Positions 21,201 through 36,200 of a DNA stretch of 64,000 bases are shown here, one piece after another (the stretch's first letter is position 1; every line of letters begins with the position of its first letter). The notes beneath the pieces are model-generated. The model was not told the origin of the DNA. It did no database searches and was given only the letters and a program-made list of their open reading frames with translations. Where the stretch lies: NCBI GenBank assembly GCA_964057225.1, contig OZ059895.1:23746001-23810000 (forward strand), written 5' to 3'. The position numbers and the translations under genes were made by a program. The stretch is from Auanema rhodensis (lineage: Eukaryota > Animalia > Nematoda).

Positions 21201-24200
21201 TGCACTTGGTATGTAACTCGCTTCACGTGAAAGATAAAGAGATGCGGTTTTCAAAATTAGATTCCCCATGTCCATATTAGTCTAAAAACAAATTTTTATT
21301 GATATTGGTGCATGGTAACCATGACTTTGAAATTTACGTGAACTTTAATTTATGCTAATTCAATGTACACGTGATGTGCACTTGGTATGTAACTCGCTTC
21401 ACGTGAAAGATAAAGAGATGCGGTTTTCAAAATTAGATTCTCCATGTCCATATTAGTCTAAAAACAAATTTTTATTGATATTGGTGCATGGTAACCATGA
21501 CTTTGAAATTTACGTGAACTTTAATTTATGCTAATTAAATGTACACGTGATGTGCACTTGGTATGTAACTCGCTTCACGTGAAAGATAAAGAGATGCGGT
21601 TTTCAAAATTAGATTCCCCATGTCCATATTAGTCTAAAAACAAATTTTTATTGATATTGGTTCATGGTAACCATGACTTTGAAATTTACGTGAACTTTAA
21701 TTTATGCTAATTAAATGTACACGTGATGTGCACTTGGTATGTAACTCGCTTCACGTGAAAGATAAAGAGATGCGGTTTTCAAAATTAGATTCCCCATGTC
21801 CATATTAGTCTAAAAACAAATTTTTATTGATATTGCTTCATGGTAACCATGACTTTGAAATTTACGTGAACTTTAATTTATGCTAATTAATTGTACACGT
21901 GATGTGCACTTGGTATGTAACTCGCTTCACTTAAAAGATAAAGAGATGCGGTTTTCAAAATTAGATTCCCCATGTCCATATTAGTCTAAAAACAAATTTT
22001 TATTGATATTGGTGCATGGTAACCATGACTTTGAAATTTACGTGAACTTTAATTTATGCTAATTAAATGTACACCTGATGTGCACTTGGTATGTAACTCG
22101 CTTCACGTGAAAGAAAAAGAGATGCGGTTTTCAAAATTAGATTCCCCATGTCCATATTAGTCTAAAAACAAATTTTTATTGATATTGGTGCATGGTAACC
22201 ATGACTTTGAAATTTACGTGAACTTTAATTTATGCTAATTAAATGTACACGTGATGTGCACTTGGTATGTAACTCGCTTCACGTGAAAGATAAAGAGATG
22301 CGGTTTTCAAAATTAGATTCCCCATGTCCATATTAGTCTAAAAACAAATTTTTATTGATATTGGTGCATGGTAACCATGACTTTGAAATTTACGTGAACT
22401 TTAATTTATGCTAATTCAATGTACACGTGATGTGCACTTGGTATGTAACTCGCTTCACGTGAAAGATAAAGAGATGCGGTTCTCAAAATTAGATTCTCCA
22501 TGTCCATATTAGTCTAAAAACAAATTTTTATTGATATTGGTGCATGGTAACCATGACTTTGAAATTTACGTGAACTTTAATTTATGCTAATTAAATGTAC
22601 ACGTGATGTGCACTTGGTATGTAACTCGCTTCACGTGAAATATAAAGAAATGCGGTTTTCAAAATTAGATTCCCCATGTCCATATTAGTCTAAAAACAAA
22701 TTTTTATTGATATTGGTTCATGGTAACCATGACTTTGAAATTTACGTGAACTTTAATTTATGCTAATTAAATGTACACGTGATGTGCACTTGGTATGTAA
22801 CTCGCTTCACGTGAAAGATAAAGAGATGCGGTTTTCAAAATTAGATTCCCCATGTCCATATTAGTCTAAAAACAAATTTTTATTGATATTGGTTCATGGT
22901 AACCATGACTTTGAAATTTACGTGAACTTTAATTTATGCTAATTAAATGTACACGTGATGTGCACTTGGTATGTAACTCGCTTCACGTGAAAGATAAAGA
23001 GATGCGGTTTTCAAAATTAGATTCCCCATGTCCATATTAGTCTAAAAACAAATTTTTATTGATATTGGTTCATGGTAACCATGACTTTGAAATTTACGTG
23101 AACTTTAATTTATGCTAATTAAATGTACACGTGATGTGCACTTGGTATGTAACTCGCTTCACGTGAAAGATAAAGAGATGCGGTTTTCAAAATTAGATTC
23201 CCCATGTCCATATTAGTCTAAAAACAAATTTTTATTGATATTGGTTCATGGTAACCATGACTTTGAAATTTACGTGAACTTTAATTTATGCTAATTAAAT
23301 GTACACGTGATGTGCACTTGGTATGTAACTCGCTTCACGTGAAAGATAAAGAGATGTGGTTTTCAAAATTAGATTCCCCATGTCCATATTAGTCTAAAAA
23401 CAAATTTTTATTGATATTGCTTCATGGTAACCATGACTTTGAAATTTACGTGAACTTTAATTTATGCTAATTAAATGTACACGTGATGTGCACTTGGTAT
23501 GTAACTCGCTTCACGTGAAAGATAAAGAGATGCGGTTTTTAAAATTAGATTCCCCATGTCCATATTAGTCTAAAAACAAATTTTTATTGATATTGCTTCA
23601 TGGTAACCATGACTTTGAAATTTACGTGAACTTTAATTTATGCTAATTAATTGTACACGTGATGTGCACTTGGTATGTAACTCGCTTCACGTGAAAGATA
23701 AAGAGATGCGGTTTTCAAAATTAGATTCCCCATGTCCATATTAGTCTAAAAACAAATTTTTATTGATATTGGTGCATGGTAACCATGACTTTGAAATTTA
23801 CGTGAACTTTAATTTATGCTAATTAAATGTACACGTGATGTGCACTTGGTATGTAACTCGCTTCACGTGAAAGAAAAAGAGATGCGGTTTTTAAAATTAG
23901 ATTCCCCATGTCCATATTAGTCTAAAAACAAATTTTTATTGATATTGGTGCATGGTAACCAAGACTTTGAAATTTACGTGAACTTTAATTTATGCTAATT
24001 AAATGTACACGTGATGTGCACTTGGTATGTAACTCGCTTCACGTGAAAGATAAAGAAATGCGGTTTTCAAAATTAGATTCCCCATGTCCATATTAGTCTA
24101 AAAACAAATTTTTATTGATATTGGTTCATGGTAACCATGACTTTGAAATTTACGTGAACTTTAATTTATGCTAATTAAATGTACACGTGATGTGCACTTG

Positions 24201-27200
24201 GTATGTAACTCGCTTCACGTGAAAGATAAAGAGATGCGGTTTTCAAAATTAGATTCCCCATGTCCATATTAGTCTAAAAACAAATTTTTATTGATATTGG
24301 TGCATGGTAACCATGACTTTGAAATTTACGTGAACTTTAATTTATGCTAATTCAATGTACACGTGATGTGCACTTGGTATGTAACTCGCTTCACGTGAAA
24401 GATAAAGAGATGCGGTTTTCAAAATTAGATTCTCCATGTCCATATTAGTCTAAAAACAAATTTTTATTGATATTGGTGCATGGTAACCATGACTTTGAAA
24501 TTTACGTGAACTTTAATTTATGCTAATTAAATGTACACGTGATGTGCACTTGGTATGTAACTCGCTTCACGTGAAAGATAAAGAGATGCGGTTTTCAAAA
24601 TTAGATTCCCCATGTCCATATTAGTCTAAAAACAAATTTTTATTGATATTGGTTCATGGTAACCATGACTTTGAAATTTACGTGAACTTTAATTTATGCT
24701 AATTAAATGTACACGTGATGTGCACTTGGTATGTAACTCGCTTCACGTGAAAGATAAAGAGATGCGGTTTTCAAAATTAGATTCCCCATGTCCATATTAG
24801 TCTAAAAACAAATTTTATTGATATTGCTTCATGGTAACCATGACTTTGAAATTTACGTGAACTTTAATTTATGCTAATTAATTGTACACGTGATGTGCAC
24901 TTGGTATGTAACTCGCTTCACGTGAAAGATAAAGAGATGCGGTTTTCAAAATTAGATTCCCCATGTCCATATTAGTCTAAAAACAAATTTTTATTGATAT
25001 TGGTGCATGGTAACCATGACTTTGAAATTTACGTGAACTTTAATTTATGCTAATTAAATGTACACGTGATGTGCACTTGGTATGTAACTCGCTTCACGTG
25101 AAAGAAAAAGAGATGCGGTTTTCAAAATTAGATTCCCCATGTCCATATTAGTCTAAAAACAAATTTTTATTGATATTGGTGCATGGTAACCATGACTTTG
25201 AAATTTACGTGAACTTTAATTTATGCTAATTAAATGTACACGTGATGTGCACTTGGTATGTAACTCGCTTCACGTGAAATATAAAGAAATGCGGTTTTCA
25301 AAATTAGATTCCCCATGTCCATATTAGTCTAAAAACAAAATTTTATTGATATTGGTTCATGGTAACCATGACTTTGAAATTTACGTGAACTTTAATTTAT
25401 GCTAATTAAATGTACACGTGATGTGCACTTGGTATGTAACTCGCTTCACGTGAAATATAAAGAAATGCGGTTTTCAAAATTAGATTCCCCATGTCCATAT
25501 TAGTCTAAAAACAAATTTTTATTGATATTGGTGCATGGTAACCATGACTTTGAAATTTACGTGAACTTTAATTTATGCTAATTAAATGTACACGTGATGT
25601 GCACTTGGTATGTAACTCGCTTCACGTGAAATATAAAGAAATGCGGTTTTCAAAATTAGATTCCCCATGTCCATATTAGTCTAAAAACAAATTTTTATTG
25701 ATATTGGTTCATGGTAACCATGACTTTGAAATTTACGTGAACTTTAATTTATGCTAATTAAATGTACACGTGATGTGCACTTGGTATGTAACTCGCTTCA
25801 CGTGAAAGATAAAGAGATGCGGTTTTCAAAATTAGATTCCCCATGTCCATATTAGTCTAAAAACAAATTTTTATTGATATTGGTGCATGGTAACCATGAC
25901 TTTGAAATTTACGTGAACTTTAATTTATGCTAATTAAATGTACACGTGATGTGCACTTGGTATGTAACTCGCTTCACGTGAAAGATAAAGAGATGCGGTT
26001 TTCAAAATTAGATTCCCCATGTCCATATTAGTCTAAAAACAAATTTTTATTGATATTGGTTCATGGTAACCATGACTTTGAAATTTACGTGAACTTTAAT
26101 TTATGCTAATTAAATGTACACGTGATGTGCACTTGGTATGTAACTCGCTTCACGTGAAAGATAAAGAGATGCGGTTTTCAAAATTAGATTCCCCATGTCC
26201 ATATTAGTCTAAAAACAAATTTTTATTGATATTGGTGCATGGTAACCATGACTTTGAAATTTACGTGAACTTTAATTTATGCTAATTAAATGTACACGTG
26301 ATGTGCACTTGGTATGTAACTCGCTTCACGTGAAAGAAAAAGAGATGCGGTTTTTAAAATTAGATTCCCCATGTCCATATTAGTCTAAAAACAAATTTTT
26401 ATTGATATTGGTGCATGGTAACCAAGACTTTGAAATTTACGTGAACTTTAATTTATGCTAATTAAATGTACACGTGATGTGCACTTGGTATGTAACTCGC
26501 TTCACGTGAAAGATAAAGAAATGCGGTTTTCAAAATTAGATTCCCCATGTCCATATTAGTCTAAAAACAAATTTTTATTGATATTGGTTCATGGTAACCA
26601 TGACTTTGAAATTTACGTGAACTTTAATTTATGCTAATTAAATGTACACGTGATGTGCACTTGGTATGTAACTCGCTTCACGTGAAAGATAAAGAGATGC
26701 GGTTTTCAAAATTAGATTCCCCATGTCCATATTAGTCTAAAAACAAATTTTTATTGATATTGGTGCATGGTAACCATGACTTTGAAATTTACGTGAACTT
26801 TAATTTATGCTAATTCAATGTACACGTGATGTGCACTTGGTATGTAACTCGCTTCACGTGAAAGATAAAGAGATGCGGTTTTCAAAATTAGATTCTCCAT
26901 GTCCATATTAGTCTAAAAACAAATTTTTATTGATATTGGTGCATGGTAACCATGACTTTGAAATTTACGTGAACTTTAATTTATGCTAATTAAATGTACA
27001 CGTGATGTGCACTTGGTATGTAACTCGCTTCACGTGAAAGATAAAGAGATGCGGTTTTCAAAATTAGATTCCCCATGTCCATATTAGTCTAAAAACAAAT
27101 TTTTATTGATATTGGTTCATGGTAACCATGACTTTGAAATTTACGTGAACTTTAATTTATGCTAATTAAATGTACACGTGATGTGCACTTGGTATGTAAC

Positions 27201-30200
27201 TCGCTTCACGTGAAAGATAAAGAGATGCGGTTTTCAAAATTAGATTCCCCATGTCCATATTAGTCTAAAAACAAATTTTTATTGATATTGCTTCATGGTA
27301 ACCATGACTTTGAAATTTACGTGAACTTTAATTTATGCTAATTAATTGTACACGTGATGTGCACTTGGTATGTAACTCGCTTCACGTGAAAGATAAAGAG
27401 ATGCGGTTTTCAAAATTAGATTCCCCATGTCCATATTAGTCTAAAAACAAATTTTTATTGATATTGGTGCATGGTAACCATGTCTTTGAAATTTACGTGA
27501 ACTTTAATTTATGCTAATTAAATGTACACGTGATGTGCACTTGGTATGTAACTCGCTTCACGTGAAATATAAAGAAATGCGGTTTTCAAAATTAGATTCC
27601 CCATGTCCATATTAGTCTAAAAACAAAATTTTATTGATATTGGTTCATGGTAACCATGACTTTGAAATTTACGTGAACTTTAATTTATGCTAATTAAATG
27701 TACACGTGATGTGCACTTGGTATGTAACTCGCTTCACGTGAAATATAAAGAAATGCGGTTTTCAAAATTAGATTCCCCATGTCCATATTAGTCTAAAAAC
27801 AAATTTTTATTGATATTGGTGCATGGTAACCATGACTTTGAAATTTACGTGAACTTTAATTTATGCTAATTAAATGTACACGTGATGTGCACTTGGTATG
27901 TAACTCGCTTCACGTGAAATATAAAGAAATGCGGTTTTCAAAATTAGATTCCCCATGTCCATATTAGTCTAAAAACAAATTTTTATTGATATTGGTGCAT
28001 GGTAACCATGACTTTGAAATTTACGTGAACTTTAATTTATGCTAATTAAATGTACACGTGATGTGCACTTGGTATGTAACTCGCTTCACGTGAAAGATAA
28101 AGAGATGCGGTTTTCAAAATTAGATTCCCCATGTCCATATTAGTCTAAAAACAAATTTTTATTGATATTGGTTCATGGTAACCATGACTTTGAAATTTAC
28201 GTGAACTTTAATTTATGCTAATTAAATGTACACGTGATGTGCACTTGGTATGTAACTCGCTTCACGTGAAAGATAAAGAGATGCGGTTTTCAAAATTAGA
28301 TTCCCCATGTCCATATTAGTCTAAAAACAAATTTTTATTGATATTGCTTCATGGTAACCATGACTTTGAAATTTACGTGAACTTTAATTTATGCTAATTA
28401 ATTGTACACGTGATGTGCACTTGGTATGTAACTCGCTTCACGTGAAAGATAAAGAGATGCGGTTTTCAAAATTAGATTCCCCATGTCCATTTTAGTCTAA
28501 AAAGAAATTTTTATTGATATTGGTGCATGGTAACCATGACTTTGAAATTTACGTGAACTTTAATTTATGCTAATTAATTGTACACGTGATGTGCACTTGG
28601 TATGTAACTCGCTTCACGTGAAAGATAAAGAGATGCGGTTTTCAAAATTAGATTCCCCATGTCCATATTAGTCTAAAAACAAACTTTTATTGATATTGGT
28701 GCATGGTAACCATGACTTTGAAATTTACGTGAACTTTAATTTATGCTAATTAAATGTACACGTGATGTGCACTTGGTATGTAACTCGCTTCACGTGAAAG
28801 ATAAAGAGATGCGGTTTTCAAAATTAGATTCCCCATGTCCATATTAGTCTAAAAACAAATTTTTATTGATATTGGTTCATGGTAACCATGACTTTGAAAT
28901 TTACGTGAACTTTAATTTATGCTAATTAAATGTACACGTGATGTGCACTTGGTATGTAACTCGCTTCACGTGAAAGATAAAGAGATGCGGTTTTCAAAAT
29001 TAGATTCCCCATGTCCATATTAGTCTAAAAACAAATTTTCATTGATATTGCTTCATGGTAACCATGACTTTGAAATTTACGTGAACTTTAATTTATGCTA
29101 ATTAATTGTACACGTGATGTGCACTTGGTATGTAACTCGCTTCACGTGAAAGATAAAGAGATGCGGTTTTCAAAATTAGATTCCCCATGTCCATATTAGT
29201 CTAAAAAGAAATTTTTATTGATATTGGTGCATGGTAACCATGACTTTGAAATTTACGTGAACTTTAATTTATGCTAATTAATTGTACACGTGATGTGCAC
29301 TTGGTATGTAACTCGCTTCACGTGAAAGATAAAGAGATGCGGTTTTCAAAATTAGATTCCCCATGTCCATATTAGTCTAAAAACAAATTTTTATTGATAT
29401 TGCTTCATGGTAACCATGACTTTGAAATTTACGTGAACTTTAATTTATGCTAATTAATTGTACACGTGATGTGCACTTGGTATGTAACTCGCTTCACGTG
29501 AAAGATAAAGAGATGCGGTTTTCAAAATTAGATTCCCCATGTCCATATTAGTCTAAAAACAAATTTTTATTGATATTGGTGCATGGTAACCATGACTTTG
29601 AAATTTACGTGAACTTTAATTTATGCTAATTAATTGTACACGTGATGTGCACTTGGTATGTAACTCGCTTCACGTGAAAGATAAAGAGATGCGGTTTTCA
29701 AAATTAGATTCCCCATGTCCATATTAGTCTAAAAACAAATTTTTATTGATATTGGTGCATGGTAACCATGACTTTGAAATTTACGTGAACTTTAATTTAT
29801 GCTAATTAAATGTACACGTGATGTGCACTTGGTATGTAACTCGCTTCACGTGAAAGATAAAGAGATGCGGTTTTCAAAATTAGATTCCCCATGTCCATAT
29901 TAGTCTAAAAACAAATTTTTATTGATATTGGTTCATGGTAACCATGACTTTGAAATTTACGTGAACTTTAATTTATGCTAATTAAATGTACACGTGATGT
30001 GCACTTGGTATGTAACTCGCTTCACGTGAAAGATAAAGAGATGCGGTTTTCAAAATTAGATTCCCCATGTCCATATTAGTCTAAAAACAAATTTTTATTG
30101 ATATTGCTTCATGGTAACCATGACTTTGAAATTTACGTGAACTTTAATTTATGCTAATTAATTGTACACGTGATGTGCACTTGGTATGTAACTCGCTTCA

Positions 30201-33200
30201 CGTGAAAGATAAAGAGATGCGGTTTTCAAAATTAGATTCCCCATGTCCATATTAGTCTAAAAACAAATTTTTATTGATATTGGTGCATGGTAACCATGAC
30301 TTTGAAATTTACGTGAACTTTAATTTATGCTAATTAAATGTACACGTGATGTGCACTTGGTATGTAACTCGCTTCACGTGAAAGAAAAAGAGATGCGGTT
30401 TTCAAAATTAGATTCCCCATGTCCATATTAGTCTAAAAACAAATTTTTATTGATATTGGTGCATGGTAACCATGACTTTGAAATTTACGTGAACTTTAAT
30501 TTATGCTAATTAAATGTACACGTGATGTGCACTTGGTATGTAACTCGCTTCACGTGAAAGAAAAAGAGATGCGGTTTTCAAAATTAGATTCCCCATGTCC
30601 ATATTAGTCTAAAAACAAAATTTTACTGATATTGGTTCATGGTAACCATGACTTTGAAATTTACGTGAACTTTAATTTATGCTAATTAAATGTACACGTG
30701 ATGTGCACTTGGTATGTAACTCGCTTCACGTGAAATATAAAGAAATGCGGTTTTCAAAATTAGATTCCCCATGTCCATATTAGTCTAAAAACAAATTTTT
30801 ATTGATATTGGTGCATGGTAACCATGACTTTGAAATTTACGTGAACTTTAATTTATGCTAATTAAATGTACACGTGATGTGCACTTGGTATGTAACTCGC
30901 TTCACGTGAAATATAAAGAAATGCGGTTTTCAAAATTAGATTCCCCATGTCCATATTAGTCTAAAAACAAATTTTTATTGATATTGGTTCATGGTAACCA
31001 TGACTTTGAAATTTACGTGAACTTTAATTTATGCTAATTAAATGTACACGTGATGTGCACTTGGTATGTAACTCGCTTCACGTGAAAGATAAAGAGATGT
31101 GGTTTTCAAAATTAGATTCCCCATGTCCATATTAGTCTAAAAACAAATTTTTATTGATATTGCTTCATGGTAACCATGACTTTGAAATTTACGTGAACTT
31201 TAATTTATGCTAATTAAATGTACACGTGATGTGCACTTGGTATGTAACTCGCTTCACGTGAAAGATAAAGAGATGCGGTTTTTAAAATTAGATTCCCCAT
31301 GTCCATATTAGTCTAAAAACAAATTTTTATTGATATTGCTTCATGGTAACCATGACTTTGAAATTTACGTGAACTTTAATTTATGCTAATTAATTGTACA
31401 CGTGATGTGCACTTGGTATGTAACTCGCTTCACGTGAAAGATAAAGAGATGCGGTTTTCAAAATTAGATTCCCCATGTCCATATTAGTCTAAAAACAAAT
31501 TTTTATTGATATTGATGCATGGTAACCATGACTTTGAAATTTACGTGAACTTTAATTTATGCTAATTAAATGTACACGTGATGTGCACTTGGTATGTAAC
31601 TCGCTTCACGTGAAAGAAAAAGAGATGCGGTTTTCAAAATTAGATTCCCCATGTCCATATTAGTCTAAAAACAAATTTTTATTGATATTGGTGCATGGTA
31701 ACCAAGACTTTGAAATTTACGTGAACTTTAATTTATGCTAATTAAATGTACACGTGATGTGCACTTGGTATGTAACTCGCTTCACGTGAAAGATAAAGAA
31801 ATGCGGTTTTCAAAATTAGATTCCCCATGTCCATATTAGTCTAAAAACAAATTTTTATTGATATTGGTGCATGGTAACCATGACTTTGAAATTTACGTGA
31901 ACTTTAATTTATGCTAATTAAATGTACACGTGATGTGCACTTGGTATGTAACTCGCTTCACGTGAAAGATAAAGAGATGCGGTTTTCAAAATTAGATTCC
32001 CCATGTCCATATTAGTCTAAAAACAAATTTTTATTGATATTGGTGCATGGTAACCATGACTTTGAAATTTACGTGAACTTTAATTTATGCTAATTAAATG
32101 TACACGTGATGTGCACTTGGTATGTAACTCGCTTCACGTGAAATATAAAGAAATGCGGTTTTCAAAATTAGATTCCCCATGTCCATATTAGTCTAAAAAC
32201 AAAATTTTATTGATATTGGTTCATGGTAACCATGACTTTGAAATTTACGTGAACTTTAATTTATGCTAATTAAATGTACACGTGATGTGCACTTGGTATG
32301 TAACTCGCTTCACGTGAAATATAAAGAAATGCGGTTTTCAAAATTAGATTCCCCATGTCCATATTAGTCTAAAAACAAATTTTTATTGATATTGGTGCAT
32401 GGTAACCATGACTTTGAAATTTACGTGAACTTTAATTTATGCTAATTAAATGTACACGTGATGTGCACTTGGTATGTAACTCGCTTCACGTGAAATATAA
32501 AGAAATGCGGTTTTCAAAATTAGATTCCCCATGTCCATATCAGTCTAAAAACAAATTTTTATCGATATTGGTTCATGGTAACCATGACTTTGAAATTTAC
32601 GTGAACTTTAATTTATGCTAATTAAATGTACACGTGATGTGCACTTGGTATGTAACTCGCTTCACGTGAAAGATAAAGAGATGTGGTTTTCAAAATTAGA
32701 TTCCCCATGTCCATATTAGTCTAAAAACAAATTTTTATTGATATTGCTTCATGGTAACCATGACTTTGAAATTTACGTGAACTTTAATTTATGCTAATTA
32801 AATGTACACGTGATGTGCACTTGGTATGTAACTCGCTTCACGTGAAAGATAAAGAGATGCGGTTTTTAAAATTAGATTCCCCATGTCCATATTAGTCTAA
32901 AAACAAATTTTTATTGATATTGCTTCATGGTAACCATGACTTTGAAATTTACGTGAACTTTAATTTATGCTAATTAATTGTACACGTGATGTGCACTTGG
33001 TATGTAACTCGCTTCACGTGAAAGATAAAGAGATGCGGTTTTCAAAATTAGATTCCCCATGTCCATATTAGTCTAAAAACAAATTTTTATTGATATTGGT
33101 GCATGGTAACCATGACTTTGAAATTTACGTGAACTTTAATTTATGCTAATTAAATGTACACGTGATGTGCACTTGGTATGTAACTCGCTTCACGTGAAAG

Positions 33201-36200
33201 AAAAAGAGATGCGGTTTTCAAAATTAGATTCCCCATGTCCATATTAGTCTAAAAACAAATTTTTATTGATATTGGTGCATGGTAACCAAGACTTTGAAAT
33301 TTACGTGAACTTTAATTTATGCTAATTAAATGTACACGTGATGTGCACTTGGTATGTAACTCGCTTCACGTGAAAGATAAAGAAATGCGGTTTTCAAAAT
33401 TAGATTCCCCATGTCCATATTAGTCTAAAAACAAATTTTTATTGATATTGGTTCATGGTAACCATGACTTTGAAATTTACGTGAACTTTAATTTATGCTA
33501 ATTAAATGTACACGTGATGTGCACTTGGTATGTAACTCGCTTCACGTGAAAGATAAAGAGATGCGGTTTTCAAAATTAGATTCCCCATGTCCATATTAGT
33601 CTAAAAACAAATTTTTATTGATATTGCTTCATGGTAACCATGACTTTGAAATTTACGTGAACTTTAATTTATGCTAATTAAATGTACACGTGATGTGCAC
33701 TTGGTATGTAACTCGCTTCACGTGAAAGATAAAGAGATGCGGTTTTCAAAATTAGATTCCCCATGTCCATATCAGTCTAAAAACAAATTTTTATTGATAT
33801 TGGTGCATGGTAACCATGACTTTGAAATTTACGTGAACTTTAATTTATGCTAATTAAATGTACACGTGATGTGCACTTGGTATGTAACTCGCTTCACGTG
33901 AAAGATAAAGAGATGCGGTTTTCAAAATTAGATTCTCCATGTCCATATTAGTCTAAAAACAAATTTTTATTGATATTGGTGCATGGTAACCATGACTTTG
34001 AAATTTACGTGAACTTTAATTTATGCTAATTAAATGTACACGTGATGTGCACTTGGTATGTAACTCGCTTCACGTGAAATATAAAGAAATGCGGTTTTCA
34101 AAATTAGATTCCCCATGTCCATATTAGTCTAAAAACAAATTTTTATTGATATTAGTTCATGGTAACCATGACTTTGAAATTTACGTGAACTTTAATTTAT
34201 GCTAATTAAATGTACACGTGATGTGCACTTGGTATGTAACTCGCTTCACGTGAAAGATAAAGAGATGCGGTTTTCAAAATTAGATTCCCCATGTCCATAT
34301 TAGTCTAAAAACAAATTTTTATTGATATTGCTTCATGGTAACCATGACTTTGAAATTTACGTGAATTTAATTTATGCTAATTAAATGTACACGTGATGTG
34401 CACTTGGTATGTAACTCGCTTCACGTGAAAGATAAAGAGATGCGGTTTTCAAAATTAGATTCCCCATGTCCATATTAGTCTAAAAACAAATTTTTATTGA
34501 TATTGGTTCATGGTAACCATGACTTTGAAATTTACGTGAACTTTAATTTATGCTAATTAAATGTACACGTGATGTGCACTTGGTATGTAACTAGCTTCAC
34601 GTGAAAGATAAAGAGATGCGGTTTTCAAAATTAGATTCCCCATGTCCATATTAGTCTAAAAACAAATTTTTATTGATATTGGTGCATGGTAACCATGACT
34701 TTGAAATTTACGTGAACTTTAATTTATGCTAATTAAATGTACACGTGATGTGCACTTGGTATGTAACTCGCTTCACGTGAAAGATAAAGAGATGCGGTTT
34801 TCAAAATTAGATTCCCCATTTCCATATTAGTCTAAAAACAAATTTTTATTGATATTGGTTCATGGTAACCATGACTTTGAAATTTACGTGAACTTTAATT
34901 TATGCTAATTAAATGTACACGTGATGTGCACTTGGTATGTAACTCGCTTCACGTGAAAGATAAAGAGATGCGGTTTTCAAAATTAGATTCCTCATGTCCA
35001 TATTAGTCTAAAAACAAATTTTTATTGATATTGGTGCATGGTAACCATGACTTTGAAATTTACGTGAACTTTAATTTATGCTAATTAAATGTACACGTGA
35101 TGTGCACTTGGTATGTAACTCGCTTCACGTGAAAGATAAAGAGATGCGGTTTTCAAAATTAGATTCCCCATGTCCATATTAGTCTAAAAACAAATTTTTA
35201 TTGATATTGGTGCATGGTAACCATGACTTTGAAATTTACGTGAACTTTAATTTATGCTAATTAAATGTACACGTGATGTGCACTTGGTATGTAACTCGCT
35301 TCACGTGAAAGATGAAGAGATGCGGTTTTCAAAATTAGATTCCCCATGTCCATATTAGTCTAAAAACAAATTTTTATTGTTATTGGTGCATGGTAACCAT
35401 GACTTTGAAATTTACGTGAATTTTAATTTATGCTAATTAAATGTACACGTGATGTGCACTTGGTATGTAACTCGCTTCACGTGAAAGATAAAGAGATGCG
35501 GTTTTCAAAATTAGATTCCCCATTTCCATATTAGTCTAAAAACAAATTTTTATTGATATTGGTTCATGGTAACCATGACTTTGAAATTTACGTGAACTTT
35601 AATTTATGCTAATTAAATGTACACGTGATGTGCACTTGGTATGTAACTCGCTTCACGTGAAAGATAAAGAGATGCGGTTTTCAAAATTAGATTCCCCATG
35701 TCCATATTAGTCTAAAAACAAATTTTTATTGATATTGGTTCATGGTAACCATGACTTTGAAATTTACGTGAACTTTAATTTATGCTAATTAAATGTACAC
35801 GTGATGTGCACTTGGTATGTAACTCGCTTCACGTAAAAGATAAAGAGATGCGGTTTTCAAAATTAGATTCCCTATGTCCATATTAGTCTAAAAACAAATT
35901 TTTATTGATATTGGTTCATGGTAACCATGACTTTGAAATTTACGTGAACTTTAATTTATGCTAATTAAATGTACACGTGATGTGCACTTGGTATGTAACT
36001 CGCTTCACGTGAAAGATAAAGAGATGCGGTTTTCAAAATTAGATTCCCTATGTCCATATTAGTCTAAAAACAAATTTTTATTGATATTAGTTCATGGTAA
36101 CCATGACTTTGAAATTTACGTGAACTTTAATTTATGCTAATTAAATGTACACGTGATGTGCACTTGGTATGTAACTCGCTTCACGTGAAAGATAAAGAGA

